From: Candidatus Enterousia sp.
GTDB lineage: Bacteria; Pseudomonadota; Alphaproteobacteria; Rs-D84
Assembly: GCA_045649345.1 (NCBI GenBank)
Contig: JAZRPS010000018.1
Location: 2,280 to 66,279, forward strand
Length of the DNA stretch: 64,000 nucleotides
Reading direction: 5' to 3'
A program made the translations under genes and the position numbers. Numbering within the stretch: position 1 is the stretch's first letter; every line of letters starts with the position of its first letter. Positions 1 through 9,078 of the stretch are shown here, in pieces. The notes below the pieces were generated by a model. That model searched no databases and was not told the DNA's origin. It saw only the letters and a list, made by a program, of their open reading frames with translations.

Positions 1-282
1 CTCGTGATGTTTCAAACAGTCTTTTTTACCCTGATCATCACAAACATCATATAACTTTACACCGGGTGGGAATGTACCAAGATCGCCCGTTGTTAACAAC
101 GCACCATCCCTATATGTTTCTTGATTGAGCTCATTCTGTTTTTTTCGCTCCTTCTCTCGTATCGCCTTGTGTGTTGCATATGGATCGTATTCTGAATTCA
201 TATAAAAAACCGCATATGAACACGTTGTGTTTAGTACACACAACGCAAACACGCCACAAAACAACAATCGCTTTAATAACAT
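1..282 (-). CDS. hypothetical exported/lipoprotein-like protein, N-terminal 94 codons only (gene continues past window start)
   Basis: ATG at 282..280 lies inside the end of the upstream gene (..A TGT TAT TAA). The frame is open to position 1. N-terminus MLLKRLLFCGVFALCVLNTTCSYA looks like a signal peptide. Confidence 0.5.
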   Translation of the reverse strand, partial: MLLKRLLFCGVFALCVLNTTCSYAVFYMNSEYDPYATHKAIREKERKKQNELNQETYRDGALLTTGDLGTFPPGVKLYDVCDDQGKKDCLKHHE

Positions 283-1271
283 ATCGGATGACCTTTTAAT
301 TTATCAACATCTGCCAAACCGTTCAACAGGGGACGATTAACCAATTCTTTTATCATATCTGCGTCTGGACCATTATCATTTGCGAATTCTGCACGCTTTT
401 TCTCAATCAACTTATTGCAATCATTAATCATTTTTTCCAATTGGGTATCTAACTGGGATAAAATTTGTTCGCGACGCGCCAAAATTTCTTCACTGCTTTC
501 CTTTGGTCCGTTTTTATTAATCGCAATATTGGCAATGGCACTGCCAACCGCGCCAACCACCGCCATGGTGGTTCCTGTCTTTTTGTCTTTGGCGGTTTCT
601 TCTTTCTGTGCCGTCCATTCTTTGGCATCTTCGCTGCTTTCATCTGTTAATGCGCGCGACAGGGATGTATATGCGCCATCCGTCTTGCCCAGGGCAATAT
701 CGTCATATAACCCGGTCGTTGCACTGTCCAATATCTCTTCACTTTCAATGTCTGGTTGTAATCCCAAGGCTTCCTTTCGTATCTTTAAATCCGCCGCTAA
801 TTTTATATATTCTGTTTTTAGTGTCATTAATTCATTGCCACCGGGTAATTCGACTTCCTTTTCGCCACCCTGAACATTCTTGCCCGGTGCATAATTACAG
901 TGCATTGTTGCCAGATACGCCGCCATGTCCAGTTCTGCGGCTTCGTCCGCCCGTTGTTCTGCGCCGGCGGATAACGCCTGACTTAAACCCGCGCCCGTTA
1001 ATCCCATGCCAGCCGCACCCAACAGTTTATTTTCCATCGATTGTTCTTTGTCACGCATCTTTTGTGCGTTGTCTTCCAATTCGGCTAAATTACCATCCAA
1101 TGCGGCTTTTAATTTTGTCACTTCTTCACATGATTTACGATAACTAGACCCTTCATAATGGTCGCACCAGTGAAACATAGTTATGATATCATATTTGTTG
1201 TTTAAATCTTTAATTTGCGCCTCAGAAAGCCCGGAATTCTGCGGATTTAGCCCCCCCCAGCAACGTCGCAA
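273..1271 (-). CDS. hypothetical exported coiled-coil / Ala-Gly-rich protein; body ORF is out of frame with its own signal-peptide leader
   Basis: 332-codon ORF with no ATG or RBS at its 5' end. The track start is a TTG inside the leader. An in-frame fusion to the leader needs G9 or G6 instead of G8 at 1251..1258. Confidence 0.6.
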   Translation of the reverse strand: MRRCWGGLNPQNSGLSEAQIKDLNNKYDIITMFHWCDHYEGSSYRKSCEEVTKLKAALDGNLAELEDNAQKMRDKEQSMENKLLGAAGMGLTGAGLSQALSAGAEQRADEAAELDMAAYLATMHCNYAPGKNVQGGEKEVELPGGNELMTLKTEYIKLAADLKIRKEALGLQPDIESEEILDSATTGLYDDIALGKTDGAYTSLSRALTDESSEDAKEWTAQKEETAKDKKTGTTMAVVGAVGSAIANIAINKNGPKESSEEILARREQILSQLDTQLEKMINDCNKLIEKKRAEFANDNGPDADMIKELVNRPLLNGLADVDKLKGHPICY

Positions 1272-1324
1272 AACGCGTTAAGCGAGGCAAAAAACGCTAA
1301 TAAAGACAATAAAAATATCCTCAT
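1247..1324 (-). other. orphan signal-peptide leader ORF MRIFLLSLLAFFASLNAFCDVAGGG-stop, belonging to the 273..1271 gene
   Basis: ATG at 1324, a hydrophobic signal-like peptide, then the G8 tract followed at once by TAA (1249..1247). It is offset by one frame from the downstream body ORF. Confidence 0.55.
1251..1258. repeat. C8 (G8 on coding strand) homopolymer at the leader/body junction
   Basis: Read directly: gatttag-cccccccc-agcaacg. It is the longest G/C homopolymer I found in the window. Confidence 0.95.
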
Positions 1325-1379
1325 CTCATCGACAAGGATACAAAAAATACTTATCACTATGCAAGTGTTTTTCTATATA

Positions 1380-2474
1380 CTATCGCTGTTTGCTTTGCAA
1401 TTTTGTGATAATATTCTGTAAAGAATCGCGTTTTGCCACCAACGGATTTAACACAGGTGCATATTCTGCATCAATGCTATCTTTGATTGTTTTTAGACGT
1501 TGTGCTTCTTTGGCATTGCGAACCAAGATTGGACGTATCGCTATAAATTCAGGCAATGTAAAATTCAACAAACCAATCATATCAAGCTGTTGATTCAACA
1601 ATTCTGCTTCTGGTGTTGACGTACGATTTTGTTCATCAAAATCGACCATTATACGTGGTTTTTCTGGGTCGTCATCGGTTGCAATATAATACTTATCAAA
1701 AATTCGCTGCATTTTATCTTTTTGATCTGACATATCAACACGTGCCTTATAACGCTGTTTTCCTTTTATATCACCGCTATCAACACCCCAACGCAAGGCA
1801 TCATATTTTTTCTTTAATGGCATATATTCCGCATTAAATTTACGTTCTGTATCTACGTACATATTCGTATGTGCTTCAATAACATCTAATTCAAGCGCAA
1901 GTTTCATCAATTCAGACAATTTTTGTTTAACTTTTGGATCCAAAAATTCTATTGAACCAAATTCTAGCGCATTTTTCTTAAATGGCGTTGAAAATTTTTT
2001 TGTTTTGTTTTCATCAAAGTTTTCTACGCGCCACAAATAATACATCGGTGTGTTGCCATCTATTTTCAAATCCAATTTCTGTGCAAATTCAGCAGTTGAT
2101 AAAAAATATTGTTTGGTCTGCAGGAAATCAAATGATGCAATTTGTTTGATTTCTTCGTCTGTAAAATAATCTTTCAGTTTGTGATTCTTATAAATACGAT
2201 TAATATACCCTGTCATCGCTCCAAAAACCAAATCATTAGAACTTTTTTTCAAATTTTCTAAGTCATTAAATAATGACAAAGTATCTTTGGACGCAGCCTT
2301 GCGTACTTTATAATCGCGTATTGCGGTCACATTTTCAATTTTATCGTTCACAGAATTTAATTGTTCTGTTGCTTTATTAATTTTACCTTGATTACTTAAA
2401 CAAGAAGTTAACGCCATTGCAACTGCAATAGGTAACAAAGTCTTTGATTTTACGTTACTTAAAATACGGTTCAT
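1380..2474 (-). CDS. hypothetical lipoprotein
   Basis: 364-aa ORF. N-terminus ..LLPIAVAMALTSC has a lipobox-like LTSC. No recognisable domain. Confidence 0.75.
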   Translation of the reverse strand: MNRILSNVKSKTLLPIAVAMALTSCLSNQGKINKATEQLNSVNDKIENVTAIRDYKVRKAASKDTLSLFNDLENLKKSSNDLVFGAMTGYINRIYKNHKLKDYFTDEEIKQIASFDFLQTKQYFLSTAEFAQKLDLKIDGNTPMYYLWRVENFDENKTKKFSTPFKKNALEFGSIEFLDPKVKQKLSELMKLALELDVIEAHTNMYVDTERKFNAEYMPLKKKYDALRWGVDSGDIKGKQRYKARVDMSDQKDKMQRIFDKYYIATDDDPEKPRIMVDFDEQNRTSTPEAELLNQQLDMIGLLNFTLPEFIAIRPILVRNAKEAQRLKTIKDSIDAEYAPVLNPLVAKRDSLQNIITKLQSKQR

Positions 2475-2491
2475 GCTTAAAATCCTTTAAT

Positions 2492-3649
2492 TTAATGTTT
2501 CCCAGAAACAGGAATCTGTAATTTTTGTTTTGGAAATATTAAGTCTGGGTTTTCAATATTATTTCGTTCTGCAACAATGCTGAACAAAATACCGCGACGC
2601 AAAAAATTGCGCGCGATAATCCACAAACAGTCCCCACGACGAACAGTATAGAAAGTGTCGTCATCACCAGTCATTTCTGGCATAACAAATTTATGTAAAA
2701 CAGTTGCAACCACACGACCGTCACCATCATGCAAACGAACCCCCAGTTCATATTCCTTGCCCGATTCCAGTTCGCCTACATCTGCACCCAGACCATAATG
2801 CTTGTGATCTGACACGCGTGCAAACCCCATATATTTATCGTCCAGCGTCAAAGATACGCGCAAACGGGGCAGGGCATCGCCCGTCACAACAATGCGACCC
2901 GTATCCAGATAGTCAATCTTGGACACCGCCAAATCACCATCGCGCAACATTGCCGGTGTCTGCAACAACGTACTGCCATCCTTGGTCATCAATAATGACA
3001 CAGAATTTTCCACCCCATGTTCAGAAACATACACAAATACCTTATTTGAAGACTTGACTTCTGGGTCTGCACCTAATAATGCAATTGTATAATTGCCTGG
3101 GTTCCACGGATTGGATGTCACATATGCAAATTCGCCATTCGCATCTGTACGTTCTGTGGCGATAATCTTGCCATTTACAACAATAGAAATATTTTGATGC
3201 GCCAACCAGCGACCCGCGATAACAATTGTACCGTCTTTTTGTATGCGAACAATATCAAATTCTGGCACGGTTATTTCTGCAACCTTTTGAACCACCGGTT
3301 CTGGTATCGCAGGCACAACCACAACACGTGGCGTTGTTGCACCGCGAATAAACATAACCCAAATTGCAATAAAGATAACCAACAACGCACACATAATTGG
3401 GAACCAATATGCCGTCCATGCACTGCGACGATTACGCGCTTCTTCAATTGCGTCTTTTTCGACCGACTGATTCTCAGCCTTCTTTTCTGCTGGACGCGCA
3501 AACAAATTTAAAGATTTCAAGAAACCGCGTGTATATGTACGACGGTTTTCCAGCCAGTCGTTTTGTTGTGCAATCGCATCATTAATCAAATCATCCGTAG
3601 AGCGCTTTGTTTTACCTATATTATTCTTGTTATTATTCTGTTTGGACAT
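2492..3649 (-). CDS. LysM domain membrane protein
   Basis: One TM segment (WFPIMCALLVIFIAIWVMFI). C-terminal LysM-like motif YTVRRGDCLWIIARNF...NIENPDLIFPKQKLQIP. Confidence 0.8.
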   Translation of the reverse strand: MSKQNNNKNNIGKTKRSTDDLINDAIAQQNDWLENRRTYTRGFLKSLNLFARPAEKKAENQSVEKDAIEEARNRRSAWTAYWFPIMCALLVIFIAIWVMFIRGATTPRVVVVPAIPEPVVQKVAEITVPEFDIVRIQKDGTIVIAGRWLAHQNISIVVNGKIIATERTDANGEFAYVTSNPWNPGNYTIALLGADPEVKSSNKVFVYVSEHGVENSVSLLMTKDGSTLLQTPAMLRDGDLAVSKIDYLDTGRIVVTGDALPRLRVSLTLDDKYMGFARVSDHKHYGLGADVGELESGKEYELGVRLHDGDGRVVATVLHKFVMPEMTGDDDTFYTVRRGDCLWIIARNFLRRGILFSIVAERNNIENPDLIFPKQKLQIPVSGKH

Positions 3650-3709
3650 GCCAATTCTCCTAAGAAACTAAATTTAAATTACTGCTTGGACAAATTATTC
3701 CAAAATATA

Positions 3710-3738
3710 TTTCTTTGTCAATTTATTTATGATATAAT
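3710..3738 (+). promoter_or_regulatory. putative extended -10 promoter (TGaTATAAT) for pfk
   Basis: tttatgatataatg at 3727..3740. The same 14-mer recurs at 24327..24340. The -35 element is weak. Confidence 0.4.
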
Positions 3739-3761
3739 GGCATAAAAGACAAGGGAAAAAG

Positions 3762-4850
3762 ATGAAAAAGACGAAAAAAATCGGAATCATGACAACCGGT
3801 GGCGATTGCAGTGGCCTAAACACCGTTATTCAGCGTGTCGCCTATGGCGCGCGCTTGCGCGGATGGGAAACATGGGGGATTTTAGACGGTACAGATGGAT
3901 TGTCTGTGACCCCACCAGCTGCGATTAAGATTGATGATTTAACATTGCCTATCGAAAACGCGCGCCTGGCGGGCAGCTTTTTGCACAACGGTCGTGCACA
4001 TGCATTAAATTTTGAAACCGCCGTACAACGTGGCAAGGTAAAGCAATTTAATAACCGTCTGCATGAATCTTTGGAAAAATTAAAACTGGACGCTTTGATT
4101 TTAGTGGGTGGTAATGGCAGTCTGTCGCTGGCATGGGCCAATCGTGCGACGTACCGCAATTTGCAATTAGTTTGTATTCCAAAAACAATTGATATGGATA
4201 TGCCATTAACGGACAGGACGATTGGATTTGATACGGCGGTACAACAACTAACCTCATTCTGCGACCAGTTAATGTTAACTGCGCGCAGTCATCATCGCTG
4301 GTTCGTGGTGCAGGCAATGGGACGCGACTGTGGTCAGCTTGCATTAAACGCAGGTGTTGCAGTTGGCGCACACGCAATTCTAATTCCAGAAATAAAATTT
4401 GATATTGACGCATTGGTAAAACACGTAAAAAATGCCGCCACAGATTATGGTGTCATCATTGTGTCTGAGGGAATATCTCTGCGTGGGCATTCTGGTCGCC
4501 CGGCTGACATGATTTTACGGAAATTGACCGCTGCGGGCTTGGTCGCGCGTGCCGCATTCCCAGAACACACACAACGTGCTGGTGATACAACAGCCTGCGA
4601 CCGAATTTTGGCTACGCGTTTTGCAGACTGTGCATTAAACGCAATTGAAAACAACGAAACATATGTAATGACTGCACTGGACGGGAACAACGTGCATACC
4701 GTCACCTTGGCGAATTTTGTATCCGCAGGCGAAGAAATGCACGACCCAAAAATCCCAGATCTTATGACATCAAACGCCTATGTATCACCGGATAACCCAC
4801 TATTAAATGTTGCGCGTGATATGGGAATTTACATTGGCGAACAAAAGTAA
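3762..4850 (+). CDS. pfk: 6-phosphofructokinase, atypical active-site residues
   Basis: Motifs GIMTTGGDCSGLN, VGGNGS, PKTIDMD and TIGFDTA match the PFK-A family. Confidence 0.9.
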   Translation: MKKTKKIGIMTTGGDCSGLNTVIQRVAYGARLRGWETWGILDGTDGLSVTPPAAIKIDDLTLPIENARLAGSFLHNGRAHALNFETAVQRGKVKQFNNRLHESLEKLKLDALILVGGNGSLSLAWANRATYRNLQLVCIPKTIDMDMPLTDRTIGFDTAVQQLTSFCDQLMLTARSHHRWFVVQAMGRDCGQLALNAGVAVGAHAILIPEIKFDIDALVKHVKNAATDYGVIIVSEGISLRGHSGRPADMILRKLTAAGLVARAAFPEHTQRAGDTTACDRILATRFADCALNAIENNETYVMTALDGNNVHTVTLANFVSAGEEMHDPKIPDLMTSNAYVSPDNPLLNVARDMGIYIGEQK

Positions 4851-4881
4851 AAAAAAACTTCCCCCGATTCGGGGGATTTTT
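4851..4881 (+). terminator. rho-independent terminator (CCCCC/GGGGG stem family)
   Basis: aaaaaaactt-ccccc-gattc-ggggg-attttt directly after the pfk stop codon. Confidence 0.7.
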
Positions 4882-4929
4882 ATTGCCATCGCAACTAATA
4901 TTTGTTAGCCTATTTATTAATTACTGAGA

Positions 4930-5706
4930 ATGAGAAGAGAATTTTTTATCTTTTTACCTTTTGTTTTTATGGCATATTCTGCCCATTGCATCACATGTCC
5001 CAGCGGTTATTTGGCGGCATCACGTGACAACAACACCAAGATTTCAACACCATGTCCGTCTGGTTATACCGCGACACGTACAATTTCACATAATTGCAGT
5101 GCCACAGACAGTACATGCTATCCTGAATTATTATGCACAGCTGGGTCATATGATTTAAACGTTGGTTCAAATACCGTGCCACTGTGGTCCCGGGCATTCA
5201 CAACAAAATCATTAAAAGTAAAATCAGGCAACACGACATGCTATGCACAAATGGCAGCAGACGTGGTCAGTGGACGTTTAAAAGTCAAAGACAGCAGTGG
5301 CACAACATATTCGCATGCGAACATATATGAATGTAAGGTAAATATCAGTGCAACTGGCACAAATTCATATAGCGTTCCAACCACAAACAGTCCAAATTGG
5401 ACTGCAACAGTTGATGGTAAAACAATAAAAGGAATCGCATTTTGTAGCAATATCGCGTCCAGCGTTGGTACCGCCCAGGATAACATAACGGTTGATTCTG
5501 TTACATTATCAAATAACAACCAATGTTGGTGTCGTGCGACAAGCCCATATTATACAAAATGGATTTATGCCACTGTATTCATTGATGCAGGTTATACGGG
5601 CTGCTATAAATCTTGCAATGAATGGTGCGCAAAACGTGCCGCCAGTACAGGTACGAACGACGTCACATTTCGCAACGCATTAATAAAAAACCTGGTCAGG
5701 ACATAG
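4930..5706 (+). CDS. cysteine-rich secreted protein, paralog 1 of tandem family
   Basis: Signal peptide MRREFFIFLPFVFMAYSAHC. Repeated CPSGY motif. C-terminal CWCRATSPYYTKWIYA...C..C..C...DVTFR module shared with the next two genes. Confidence 0.8.
   Translation: MRREFFIFLPFVFMAYSAHCITCPSGYLAASRDNNTKISTPCPSGYTATRTISHNCSATDSTCYPELLCTAGSYDLNVGSNTVPLWSRAFTTKSLKVKSGNTTCYAQMAADVVSGRLKVKDSSGTTYSHANIYECKVNISATGTNSYSVPTTNSPNWTATVDGKTIKGIAFCSNIASSVGTAQDNITVDSVTLSNNNQCWCRATSPYYTKWIYATVFIDAGYTGCYKSCNEWCAKRAASTGTNDVTFRNALIKNLVRT
4993..5400 (+). repeat. 408-bp near-identical tract, copy A (partner 6275..6682)
   Basis: Aligned by eye at a constant offset of 1282. I counted 8 mismatches. Identity collapses right after ..agtccaaaYtgg. 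Confidence 0.9.
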
Positions 5707-5765
5707 TTTTTATGTTGTACGAAAAAACCAATTTTGGTATATTCATAAAAAGGAACGAGGGGAAA

Positions 5766-6212
5766 GTGATTTTTAACAAATACTTTGGATTTATTTATTT
5801 ATTTATAATGGCAAGTATTACTGACGCCATGGCTTTGTCACAATGTATAAAATTATCCCCAACATCTGGCGTATGCAGTCAGGTTTCCGCTGCCTATAGG
5901 GATGTCAACGCTGTTGTAGATTGCGGGGGAACCCAGGTAACGATTGTCAGCACATGTGCCATGACATCGGGGACAGCAGACGTTACTGCACTGGACGATA
6001 TTGTCATCAGTTCTGCTGCACCTGCAAACAACATACACTGCTGGTGCAAAATAATATCACCAGTTGTCACAAAATGGGTTTACCGTTATTCGTACGGTTC
6101 AAATACTAATTGCGCATACAGTTGTGTCCGCGGATGCGCAAATGCGTTTTTGTATGCAGAAAGTCAGGACGTCACATTCAGAACAACCGCATATTCAAAT
6201 CTGGTTTATTAA
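5766..6212 (+). CDS. cysteine-rich secreted protein, paralog 2 (short form; start uncertain, alternative ATG at 5712)
   Basis: GTG at 5766 follows aggaacgagggga. Signal-like IFNKYFGFIYLFIMASITDAMA. C-terminal CWCKIISPVVTKWVYR...DVTFR module. Confidence 0.65.
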   Translation: MIFNKYFGFIYLFIMASITDAMALSQCIKLSPTSGVCSQVSAAYRDVNAVVDCGGTQVTIVSTCAMTSGTADVTALDDIVISSAAPANNIHCWCKIISPVVTKWVYRYSYGSNTNCAYSCVRGCANAFLYAESQDVTFRTTAYSNLVY

Positions 6213-6214
6213 AG

Positions 6215-6988
6215 ATGTATAAATATTTTATATCTTTACCATTATTATTAATCACATGTAATGCAATGGCTGCGACATGCCCCAGCGGTTATTTGGCGGT
6301 ATCACGTGACAACAACACCAAAATTTCCACGCCATGTCCGTCTGGTTATACCGCGACACGTACAATTTCACATAATTGCAGTGCCACAGACAGTACATGC
6401 TATCCTGAATTATTATGCACAGCTGGGTCATATGATTTAAACGTTGGTTCAAATACCATGCCACTGTGGTCCCGGGCATTCACAACAAAATCATTAAAAG
6501 TAAAATCAGGCAACACGACATGCTATGCACAAATGGCAGCAGACGTGGTCAGTGGACGTTTAAAAGTCAAAGACAGCAGTGGCACAACATATTCACATGC
6601 GAACATATATGAATGTAAGGTAAATATCAGTGCAACTGGCACAAATTCATATAGCGTTCCAACCACAAACAGTCCAAACTGGACCGCCGTCATCGACGGC
6701 AAAACCATAAAGGGCATATCGTTCTGTGGCAACCTAAGTGCAACAGTGGACACAACAAAAGACATTATTACCGTCGATTCTGTCACAATGTCAAACAACA
6801 TTTATTGTTGGTGTCGCGCAACATCCCCATATACTTCAAAATGGACATATGCCACATACTATTCAACAAATGGTTATACCGGGTGTTATATGTATTGCAG
6901 TCAATCGTGTGCCAGCCGTTTATCCGGCAGCGGAAGTTTAGATACAACATTCAGAAGCACAATGCTTAATTCTATGTCAAAATCATAA
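6215..6988 (+). CDS. cysteine-rich secreted protein, paralog 3
   Basis: ATG lies 2 nt after the previous stop. Signal MYKYFISLPLLLITCNAMA. The N-terminal half is nearly identical to paralog 1. C-terminal CWCRATSPYTSKWTYA...TTFR. Confidence 0.8.
   Translation: MYKYFISLPLLLITCNAMAATCPSGYLAVSRDNNTKISTPCPSGYTATRTISHNCSATDSTCYPELLCTAGSYDLNVGSNTMPLWSRAFTTKSLKVKSGNTTCYAQMAADVVSGRLKVKDSSGTTYSHANIYECKVNISATGTNSYSVPTTNSPNWTAVIDGKTIKGISFCGNLSATVDTTKDIITVDSVTMSNNIYCWCRATSPYTSKWTYATYYSTNGYTGCYMYCSQSCASRLSGSGSLDTTFRSTMLNSMSKS
6275..6682 (+). repeat. 408-bp near-identical tract, copy B (partner 4993..5400)
   Basis: See copy A. Confidence 0.9.
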
Positions 6989-7014
6989 AAAAATCCCCCA
7001 TTTGGGGGATTTTA
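6987..7014. terminator. bidirectional terminator AAATCCCCC-attt-GGGGGATTT between paralog 3 and dnaK
   Basis: 9-bp stem at 6991..6999 and 7004..7012, with an A-run on the left and a T-run on the right. It sits between convergent genes. Confidence 0.8.
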
Positions 7015-7028
7015 AGTGCGAACTATTT

Positions 7029-8924
7029 TTATTTCTTTTCAGAAAAGTCTGCATCAACTGTGCCGTCGTCATTTTTCTTGTCTTCGGCACCTGCATTTGC
7101 CTGTTGTTCTGCCTGGGCGGCTTTATAGACAGCTTCGCCCAACTTCATTGCCTTTTCAGACAATGCGTCTGCCTTTTCTTTCAAAGATTCAGCGGTTGCT
7201 TCAGCTTTTGCCAGTTCATCCGCTAATTCTTTCTTTGCATCTTCGATTGCTTTCTTTTCATCTTCGCTAATCTTATCGCCATGTTCTTTCAATGACTTTT
7301 CAATACTGAATATAGCGGTTTCTGCCGTATTTTTTGCTTCTGCCAATGCGCGTTTCTTTTTGTCTTCTTCGGCGTTTGCAGCGGCTTCATCAACCATACG
7401 TTTGATTTCATCTTCGCTTAACCCACCATCAGATTTAATAGAAATCGCCTGTTCTTTGCCTGTGCCTTTATCTTTTGCAGACACGTGAACAATGCCATTC
7501 GCGTCGATATCAAAAGAGACCTCAATTTGTGGCATGCCGCGTGGGGCAGGGGCAATTCCTTCTAAATTAAATTGACCCAGCAATTTGTTATCTGCAGCCA
7601 TATCGCGTTCACCTTGGAATACACGAATTGTCACAGCTGATTGATTATCTTCGGCAGTACTAAACACCTGTGACTTTTTTGTTGGGATTGTTGTGTTGCG
7701 ATCAATCAAGCGTGTAAATACACCACCCAGTGTTTCAATACCCAATGACAATGGTGTCACGTCCAACAACAATACGTCTTTTACGTCACCTTTCAGAACG
7801 CCACCCTGGATTGCTGCACCCATACCAACAACTTCGTCTGGATTAACACCCTTGTGTGGTTCACGACCAAAGAATTCTTTTACAGTTTCTGCAACTTTTG
7901 GCATACGTGTCTGACCACCAACCAAGATAACTTCATTAATCTGTGATTTTTCTAAGCCTGCATCTTTCAATGCCTTTTTGCATGGTTCAATTGTACGTTC
8001 AATCAAATCTGAAACCAACGATTCCAACTTTGCACGTGTTAAAGTTGTGTTAAAGTGCTTTGGTCCTGTTGCGTCCGCTGTCAAATAAGGCAAATTAATA
8101 TCAGTTGATGTCTTAGAAGACAATTCGATTTTTGCCTTTTCTGACGCCTCTTTCAAACGTTGCAGCGCCAATTTATCCCCTGATAAATCAATGCCTGTCT
8201 GTGATTTAAATTCTGCAATCAAATGTTCCAAGATGCGTGCGTCAAAGTCCGAACCACCCAATGCAGTATCACCATTTGTTGATTTTACTTCGAATACACC
8301 ATCAACGATTTCCAAGATAGATACGTCGAATGTACCACCGCCAAGGTCATATACAGCGATAACACCATCTTTACCCTTGTCCAAACCATATGCCAATGCT
8401 GCAGCAGTTGGTTCATTAACAATACGCAAAACGTTTAAGCCTGCGATACGACCTGCGTCTTTGGTTGCCTGACGCTGTGAATCATTAAAGTATGCCGGCA
8501 CAGTAATAACCGCATCTGTCACGGGTTCACCTAAATAACTTTCCGCATCTTTTTTCAATTTTGCCAAAATCATTGCAGAAATCTGTGATGGCGCATACTT
8601 TTTACCGTCCATTTCAACCCATGCATCACCGTTATCGCCGGCAACAATTTTATATGGAACACGTGCTGCAATTTCTTTGACCGCAGGGCTATCAAAACGC
8701 AAGCCCATCAAACGTTTGATTTCATAAATTGTATTTTCAGGATTCGTCACCGCCTGATTCTTGGCGGTAATACCAACCAATTGTTCGCCACTGTTTGTCA
8801 GCGCAACCACAGATGGCGTTGTACGTTGTCCTTCGGAATTTTCGATAATTTTTGGATCGCTGCCATCCATAAATGCCATGGCAGAATTAGTTGTCCCCAG
8901 GTCAATGCCTAAAACTTTTCCCAT
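7029..8924 (-). CDS. dnaK: molecular chaperone DnaK (Hsp70)
   Basis: [22 protein letters not shown] and VGGQTRMP motifs. AAGGAG RBS before the ATG at 8924. The track ORF start at 8972 is an upstream extension. Confidence 0.97.
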   Translation of the reverse strand: MGKVLGIDLGTTNSAMAFMDGSDPKIIENSEGQRTTPSVVALTNSGEQLVGITAKNQAVTNPENTIYEIKRLMGLRFDSPAVKEIAARVPYKIVAGDNGDAWVEMDGKKYAPSQISAMILAKLKKDAESYLGEPVTDAVITVPAYFNDSQRQATKDAGRIAGLNVLRIVNEPTAAALAYGLDKGKDGVIAVYDLGGGTFDVSILEIVDGVFEVKSTNGDTALGGSDFDARILEHLIAEFKSQTGIDLSGDKLALQRLKEASEKAKIELSSKTSTDINLPYLTADATGPKHFNTTLTRAKLESLVSDLIERTIEPCKKALKDAGLEKSQINEVILVGGQTRMPKVAETVKEFFGREPHKGVNPDEVVGMGAAIQGGVLKGDVKDVLLLDVTPLSLGIETLGGVFTRLIDRNTTIPTKKSQVFSTAEDNQSAVTIRVFQGERDMAADNKLLGQFNLEGIAPAPRGMPQIEVSFDIDANGIVHVSAKDKGTGKEQAISIKSDGGLSEDEIKRMVDEAAANAEEDKKKRALAEAKNTAETAIFSIEKSLKEHGDKISEDEKKAIEDAKKELADELAKAEATAESLKEKADALSEKAMKLGEAVYKAAQAEQQANAGAEDKKNDDGTVDADFSEKK

Positions 8925-8958
8925 GTTTTCACTCCTTAAAATTTTTTGCTTACCCACG

Positions 8959-8986
8959 ATATAGTTAAACATAAAATCATTTCAAG
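8959..8986 (-). promoter_or_regulatory. sigma-32-like heat-shock promoter CTTGAA-N16-CTATAT upstream of dnaK
   Basis: Minus-strand cttgaa (8986..8981), a 16-nt spacer, then ctatat (8964..8959). It resembles the proteobacterial RpoH consensus. Confidence 0.45.
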
Positions 8987-9050
8987 GGGCAATAAACTTA
9001 TTTTCTTATTTTTTCACGAAGTTCGCCCAGGCATTTATCTATAATTTATA

Positions 9051-9078
9051 AAAAGAAACGGGGCAATGCCCCGTTAAT
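9051..9078 (-). terminator. terminator after rplY
   Basis: aacgggg-caatg-ccccgtt, followed on the minus strand by tttcttttt. Confidence 0.7.

Noticed and set aside
415-1147. Plus-strand ORFs 415..873 and 608..1147
   Set aside because: They are antisense to the 273..1271 ORF, have no start context, and are hydrophobic or low-complexity shadow translations.
4993-6682. Diversity-generating retroelement (template/variable repeat) as an explanation for the near-identical tracts
   Set aside because: The 8 mismatches are not adenine-specific, no reverse transcriptase is in the window, and both copies are coding N-terminal halves of paralogs.
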